This document shows, in pieces, positions 9,646 to 15,517 of a stretch of DNA of 15,517 bases; the first letter of the stretch is position 1, and each line of letters begins with the position of its first letter. A program made the translations under genes and the position numbers. Under the pieces are notes generated by a model. That model searched no databases, was not told the DNA's origin, and worked only from the letters and a program-made list of their open reading frames with translations. Source of the DNA: Elysia marginata (lineage: Eukaryota); NCBI GenBank assembly GCA_019649035.1, contig BMAT01011902.1:296901-312417 (forward strand), read 5' to 3'.

Positions 9646-11820
9646 TTCTCTGGGTGGCAGCCCGTACATTGTCATTGGGATCTAAGCGCTGAGAGCACCT
9701 TTGAAGTGGAATTGGGCTTGTAAAATATCCTTCAATCAATCAATTACGGATATCAGGGTTGTAAAGATTTTAGTGTTGCGTCTAGGATATCAATAAGATA
9801 AAGGATATGTTGAAAAGGGTAAGTGTAAATCGACAGCTTCATGACTATAATAGTTTGCAGACTGTTATGAAAAGAAGGAAGAAGCCTCCCCAGGTCTTGG
9901 GATACACGAATCTTTCAAAGTAAGCAGCAGCCTTAAAGCTACACTAGGCTCTTATTTTAGTACGGCAGTGTAAACAACATTGGATGAAGAAATTTAAATA
10001 TGTGGATGCGGGGGTGGAATAAACGGTCAACATTCGGGCCAGCTCTTCAAAATTCTTAGAAATGCCTCCAGAATGATAGACCTACCAATTTTTGACAAAG
10101 GTGCAATTAAAATCGAGTTAGAACCTGGAAAAGGAGAGTACAAAGTAAAGCAGATGCTGGGGCAGGACTTGATATTTTGGTTGCTTCACATGAAGAGAGG
10201 CAACCAATAGAAAACTGTGCATAGACGTATGACAAACGGTCATGGTTGGATGTCAAATAAAAAATATGGGAGGCAACTGAACTAAAAACAAATTTTGAAG
10301 TATCGCAGCTTAAACTCGTGTTTTTATTCTCTTTGAGAGTGATTTTTCGCGTTTCTTACTTCGTTTTTGCTTTTGCAACTTAACATTTCATATTCCTGAG
10401 ATTCACCCTTTGAGATTGAAGGTAGATACTTACAGAGAAATAAACAGCAAGACAACTTTAAATCATCTCAACCATCTCTGAGGTCTTCTTGATCTTGACG
10501 CATTTCCGTCTCCTTTGCAAAACTGGCCATGAATAGTGCAAAACCACCAGCAATGGCGGGCCGAACAGTGATGAGAGAATGATTTTATCTTGACAGAAAT
10601 TATAGTCTATATTCTAAAAAAAACAACAACTAAAAGCAATAACAAAATGCAATGAATTTGTTGAAAAATTCCTTCAACCCTAGGATGTTAACCATGTTAA
10701 AAGGAAAAAGACGCCGTATCTATACATGGAGACAGTGAGTAACGAGCTATGCGCGCATTAAACATGACCACAGATTGCGATGTAGACCAGTAAAAAAATA
10801 CAGTAAAATCATGTAGAATGTGATATAAACTTATAAAGTTGTCTTCCTATTTTTATTTCTCTCTTGAAAAAGAGATTATTGATTTTATTGTGGGTTTCTT
10901 TCATTAAATGCCCAATGCATTAGTCTATTCAGCGTTATTTTAGAAAAAAGGAATTTTATCTTTGAGAAAATGTTATCTCATCCAGCAAAAACACGAAATA
11001 AAAAGTTGCACATGTTTTTAAGGACTTGAAAAGCAACATTATGAAGTAAGGCTTGCCAGGTATCTATTAAGTTTTTCATTGGTTGCTTCGCTATGCAATT
11101 TCAAAGTATCAGTAAACTTTTATTCTTTTGATGCCACATTTGGAGATTTAAAATAATTTTGCCCAGAAGGCTCTCCACACATCTTTTGGCGTTAGTGTGA
11201 AAAGACATTATTTCAACTCTTAGGCCTAATCTTCCCGGACGTTTCTTAGCTTGTTCAAACAGAGGGATCACAGGGCACGTTGACAGCTTACTAAAGTAGA
11301 GATTTTGGCTGTTCGTGACCAAATCAAAGGCAAGTGTAGAGGCGACTTAAGGATATGTCTTTACCAACGGTGATAAAAGAACAGAAAAGTAAGGGTGCAT
11401 GCAGAGTGTGAACAAGTAATCTTGCTTCAGTTGACACTGTCTACCGTTTTTAGAGGTGAAACAGTTCAAGAAAATATCCAAAAGATTATGGATTAGCCAA
11501 TATTTTTTAACTAAATAGTCATTAGCATGTCTTCATCTTTCCTTAGACTCTATTGGGTAACTTTAAGTATCATATTATTTTCAACCCAAACAAGCATAAT
11601 ATGAATCATTTAATCGTGACTTCTTCATTTGTTAAAGAAACTATATGAACCAATCCAAAATTACTATAAAGACCGCCCACTAAACTTAATAAGTCTAAAC
11701 GCCACATCTTCATCAAGGAACTATTTATGTTTTATTCTTTTGCTTTTCATGCGCTGTCTCAATACCACCCCGTGGCTTTTACTATATCTTTTACTCACTG
11801 TCTCTCTCACACAGTCACGC

Positions 11821-11838
11821 CCCTCCCCCCCCCACACC
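11821..11838. repeat. Poly-C / C-rich homopolymer tract
   Basis: CCCTCCCCCCCCCACACC. Confidence 0.8.
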
Positions 11839-12727
11839 TCTCTTATGCCCTAAATGCATATTACAACTCCTACACCTCTATTGTTTCGTACCATGCTTAA
11901 TGGAAACGTATTAACTTGTAGGGAAGGAGTATATTCTTTCATGATGGCACAAACAGGCCTGGAGCCTACTAAAACCGATTTGATTCCAAAGTTAGTCACA
12001 CCACTTCAATCTGTCTCTCCGAAATTCAATGAACAAAAATATTAACTAGGCCTACTGCTTTGTAAAAAGTTAACATCTAATTAAAAATAATTTTACTTTA
12101 TTACAGTACACTTTAAATAGCCCATACATTTTCTGCTTGCTCGCTACAACCTACTTTATATCAACATTGCGAGTACCATTACGCTTGATGAAGTAATTTA
12201 ACTTTTTTAAGAAATGTATTGCTTCGTTTAATACCAAAGACATTAGACATGAAATTTAGAAAGTAGGAGATAGAGATAGAAATTATTTAGACGCTGTAGT
12301 GAAAAACATGCTATATGTACTAAATTGATTGCCGATTCACCAGTTTTATTTACTGTGTTATTTTTTGAATAAAGGTATTTTCCGAATAAAAAAAAATGTT
12401 GCAAATGTTGTGCCAAACTGGCAAACTCGTATTAGTTGCAAAATTTATAAGTTTTGGTGCAGACGTATAACATCAGTTTCATAGAACCTAAAAAAAACAA
12501 AAACAACAAAAAAAAAACTGTTTATGGTAACACAGAGATCTAGTAGAAATAAAAGGCAGGGTTGAATGAACCAGCCAGCTTAGAAAAGGCAAAAATGTAT
12601 AAAAGAAGCTATAAACCTTTGCTTTAGGCTAAAGCCGTGTGTAATTTTCCCACAACAGTAACTGTTTAGAAGCAACAGATGTTTATTTAAAGACTTCAAA
12701 AATGTTGTGTTTATAACGTATTCACCG

Positions 12728-12730
<3 letters not shown>

Positions 12731-12775
<45 letters not shown>
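12731..12775. repeat. (CT)n / (GA)n microsatellite with about 19 pure units
   Basis: CTCTCT... run. It explains the spurious minus-strand ORF encoding RERERERE at 12580-12786. Confidence 0.95.
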
Positions 12776-13417
12776 AACAAACCCATTTAAACATAGTGGT
12801 TCAAAAAATTAAGCTACTGATAAGTTTTGAAGTAATTGATTATACCATCAACGCAACCATCCAGTTCTATGGCATCTTACATAACTACAACTAGTCTACG
12901 TTTTAATGATTTACATGTTTTAAAGTCTTAAGATGTTGCAATCTTGTAGCATAAAACATCTCACTATTGATAAGAAAATGACACGATCCCTTTGAGGGGC
13001 TCAGTTCCCCAGCTCATCAGATTTCTCTGTATGGTTTAATCAAAGACGGTGCAGTTAGATAAGATCAGGCACTCTCTAGTAGGCACAACTAAAACACGCG
13101 TACACAACCATACCCTCTCAGGCGACATCCTGCAAAGAAAAATAGTCTTTTTATTTTAGGCTTACTGCAGTTGGAAAAAAACCCAACAACATTGTAGTAA
13201 ATTTATTGATACGCAGACGTAGAAATTTATTTCTGTTATTGTGACCATTGTTTACATGTGCACACGCCGGTACAGCCATAGCGACAAATTATTTTCAAAT
13301 AGTGTCCTATCTGTACACTTATTATATCTGTGGTTTACAGTCCTGACTGATGCTTCCCGCAGATCCTCATATGGAGGGCTCTTTAAAACTGGCTCAAGCA
13401 CCGCGGCATCTGACTGG

Positions 13418-13425
13418 TGACGTCA
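13418..13425. promoter_or_regulatory. Perfect palindromic CRE (TGACGTCA) inside a CpG-retaining patch; candidate promoter element
   Basis: GGTGACGTCACACGG lies in a locally CpG-containing region (13250-13460) of an otherwise AT-rich, CpG-poor window. A CTATATT motif and a CA|GTAAGC donor-like site follow at about 13482-13500. Confidence 0.2.
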
Positions 13426-14225
13426 CACGGTGTATCTGGGTCAGACAAACACTCCAGGGATGTGCTGCTCAAACCATCTTCCTATATTGTCCTTCCTCAG
13501 TAAGCTAACATAATACTGTAAGTTTTAACCTAACCATGAATAATCAGCATTTTTTCTTATGTTGTATCCCGTGTTATGAAATACGTAGAAAAGTAGGGTA
13601 CCGTTGCAAAAAAATCAGGCGGAAGTAAAACCTAAGGTACTGGAGCTTTAAGGTCTCTCATTAAAACGATTGATGCGTCTTTGTGAAGCTGTCGGGATTC
13701 AGACTTCCCTGCGAAACTACTGCCGACCCAGGAGCGATAAAATAGGGCCTTAACAATGACGAGAAAGTATGGTTCTTCCCGGGTAGACCTCATAAAGGCC
13801 TTATTAAAAAGTTTAAAAAAGATACCAGGACCAAATGATAGGATTTGTTTTAAATGCCCGCTCTCGGTTTTTAATCTTTGTTAAAAAAAGCAAATAATGG
13901 TCATGTCGAGAAGTTTTACTAAAACACACAAAATTCAATGTGCCGGCCAGCCTAAAACAGTTTTATCTGCGGAGATGTATTTATGATATCAACCAATAGA
14001 TCAGAAAAAAATATAAATCAAACAGCATTTTGAGATGATAGGTTAAACGAAATAAAAGTTTAACAGAAAATAGTCGCGATTCGAAAATCTTTCCACGGTG
14101 GGGTAATCAGCCTGATTCACAGCGGCTCAGGTAGAAATATTTTTCAAGAATACTGTATGGCGATGACGATAAATCTATTTAAAGATCGAGTGTGCCTGAT
14201 AGTGGTTAAATTTAGCCAACTCTTT

Positions 14226-14249
14226 CTTGGATTGCATCTTGGATTGCAT
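14226..14249. repeat. Perfect tandem duplication of a 12-mer (CTTGGATTGCAT x2)
   Basis: Direct adjacent repeat read in the sequence. Confidence 0.85.
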
Positions 14250-14958
14250 CATAATTATTCAAACATAGTTCGGGAAAACTTTTATTTGCGCCTCTGTGCC
14301 TACCAAGCCCTTGATGGGTAGCTGGATCTCTTGAGACTCGACGAAAGTGAAGGCGGCGAGGAAAGCAATGGCAAACTACCTCGTTATGCTGTATGCCTGA
14401 AAAATAAGAACACTGCTCCTTGTTCCATTACGCTCGTCTCGAGTACGGGAAATTTTACTCTACTTTACAATAAAATGTCTTTGAATCCGTTTTTTTCCCT
14501 TTCACCTTGATGAAATCTACTGATCACCTATCTTTCAAGTCTGATAACCTCAAGGCGTAATCAAGATATCAAATTAATATTTCCACCACATTAAAAAATT
14601 TGAAACAGATTTTCAAATATATAGGGTCTATAAAATTATGTATCTCTAGATTTCAAGTTTCCGAAGCTATTTAATTTATGAGATATCTACAGAAAAACCG
14701 AGACCGCCACAAGTATTTGAGTTTAAACGTGAGCACTCTAAACACAGTTTGCTTTCGATTTCAAAAGTTTGACAAAATGTCGATAAACTGTAATCCTCTT
14801 TGACAAGAAACAAAAGGTAGGCTACAAACAACATGACGGCAAACTTTCATCGAGGAATTGAAATTGAAAGGAGGTGCTAGATTTTTATGTAAAGAAGTTT
14901 CAAGAAGAGCTCAGGATAGAAGCGAGTGAAAGCCGTTTGTCGTCGAAACCTAGACCAT

Positions 14959-15263
14959 AGAGACCTTTAGCACACGCACCGTGTCTCACTACGCGTACGT
15001 GAAAATCGGGAAAGCAGATTGAGAAACTATAAAAATAATGAAATCAGTTTCTAAAAATAGACCCACAGACGTTCGCGTCATACTCACGTGCTGCTGCTTA
15101 AACTCTGTCATACAGACTTTAAGCAGCCAACGCGTGAGCATGACGGGAACGTCTGTGGGTCTATTTTTAGAAACTGGTTTAATTATTTTTATAGTTTCCT
15201 TGATCTGTTTTCCCGATTTTCACGTACGCATAGTGAGACGCGGTGCGTGTGCTTAAGGTCTCT
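14959..15263. mobile_element. Foldback / hairpin element, a near-perfect 305-bp palindrome made of two ~152-bp inverted arms with essentially no loop
   Basis: The left arm is AGAGACCTTTAGCACACGCACCGTGTCTCACTACGCGTACGTGAAAATCGGG...GCTGCTTAAA. The right arm is its reverse complement at about 90% identity and ends ...CGCGGTGCGTGTGCTTAAGGTCTCT. The symmetry centre lies at 15110/15111. Termini are AGAGACC / GGTCTCT. CAT abuts both ends and may be a 3-bp target-site duplication. Confidence 0.75.
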
Positions 15264-15517
15264 CATATATGTTAAAAAGCCCACGATGATGATGATGGTT
15301 ATAATTAAATGAACTAAGAAAAAACTTCTAAGAAAAAAGGCAAATTCAACTCTAACACAATTATGTCAATATGTTTCGCAAAATGACTAGACTGCACGTA
15401 GTCAAAAATATTTTAAGATTTAACTGTGATTTATTTCTCGTAATATTTTTATCATTATCTAGAATATTCTCCTGCTTCTGAAGGGTGTGGCCGTTGACAC
15501 GAAACTAGGGCTAGGTC

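Noticed and set aside
10455-10610. Minus-strand hydrophobic peptide-like stretch (…VRPAIAGGFALFMASFAKETEMRQDQEDL…), a possible micro-exon or small TM protein
   Set aside because: No in-frame ATG sits before an upstream stop, and only about 39 codons are open. There are no flanking splice signals with a polypyrimidine tract and no similarity to a known family. The evidence is insufficient.
12455-12515. A-rich tract (AAAAAAAACAAAAACAACAAAAAAAAAAC), considered as the poly-A tail of a retroposon
   Set aside because: No recognisable SINE or LINE body, target-site duplication or second copy lies upstream. It is treated as simple low-complexity sequence.
12580-12786. Minus-strand 68-aa ORF containing an RERERERERE run
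   Set aside because: It is the translation of the (CT)n microsatellite and not a gene.

Overview
Eukaryotic (metazoan, probably invertebrate) genomic DNA. It is AT-rich, carries microsatellites, and has GT-AG spliced exons, with nothing prokaryotic in it. Positions 352-6869 on the + strand carry the 3' half of a major vault protein (MVP) gene. It comprises eight exons with consistent intron phases, running from the ...[19 protein letters not shown]... shoulder region through the coiled-coil cap-helix to a C-terminus ending in an acidic DDDDDV tail and a TAG stop at 6867-6869. A probable AATAAA signal sits about 165 nt downstream of the stop. The N-terminal MVP exons lie off-window to the left. 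The remaining ~8.5 kb (7.1-15.5 kb) has no credible long ORFs. It contains a 305-bp near-perfect palindromic (foldback/hairpin) element at 14959-15263. A solo 151-bp copy of one of its arms sits at 9495-9645 and ends exactly at the palindrome centre. A second small dispersed repeat family has copies in two different MVP introns, at about 823-910 and 5597-5716. Several simple repeats are present: (AC)n, poly-T, (AT)n, (CT)n and an AAT/GAT-rich block. A CpG-retaining patch with a perfect CRE palindrome (TGACGTCA) lies at 13418-13425 and could mark a promoter. I found no RNA genes, CRISPR arrays or prokaryote-style operons. The most unusual items are the foldback element with its half-copy and the modular intronic repeat. 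I see no clear evidence of a larger undescribed system.
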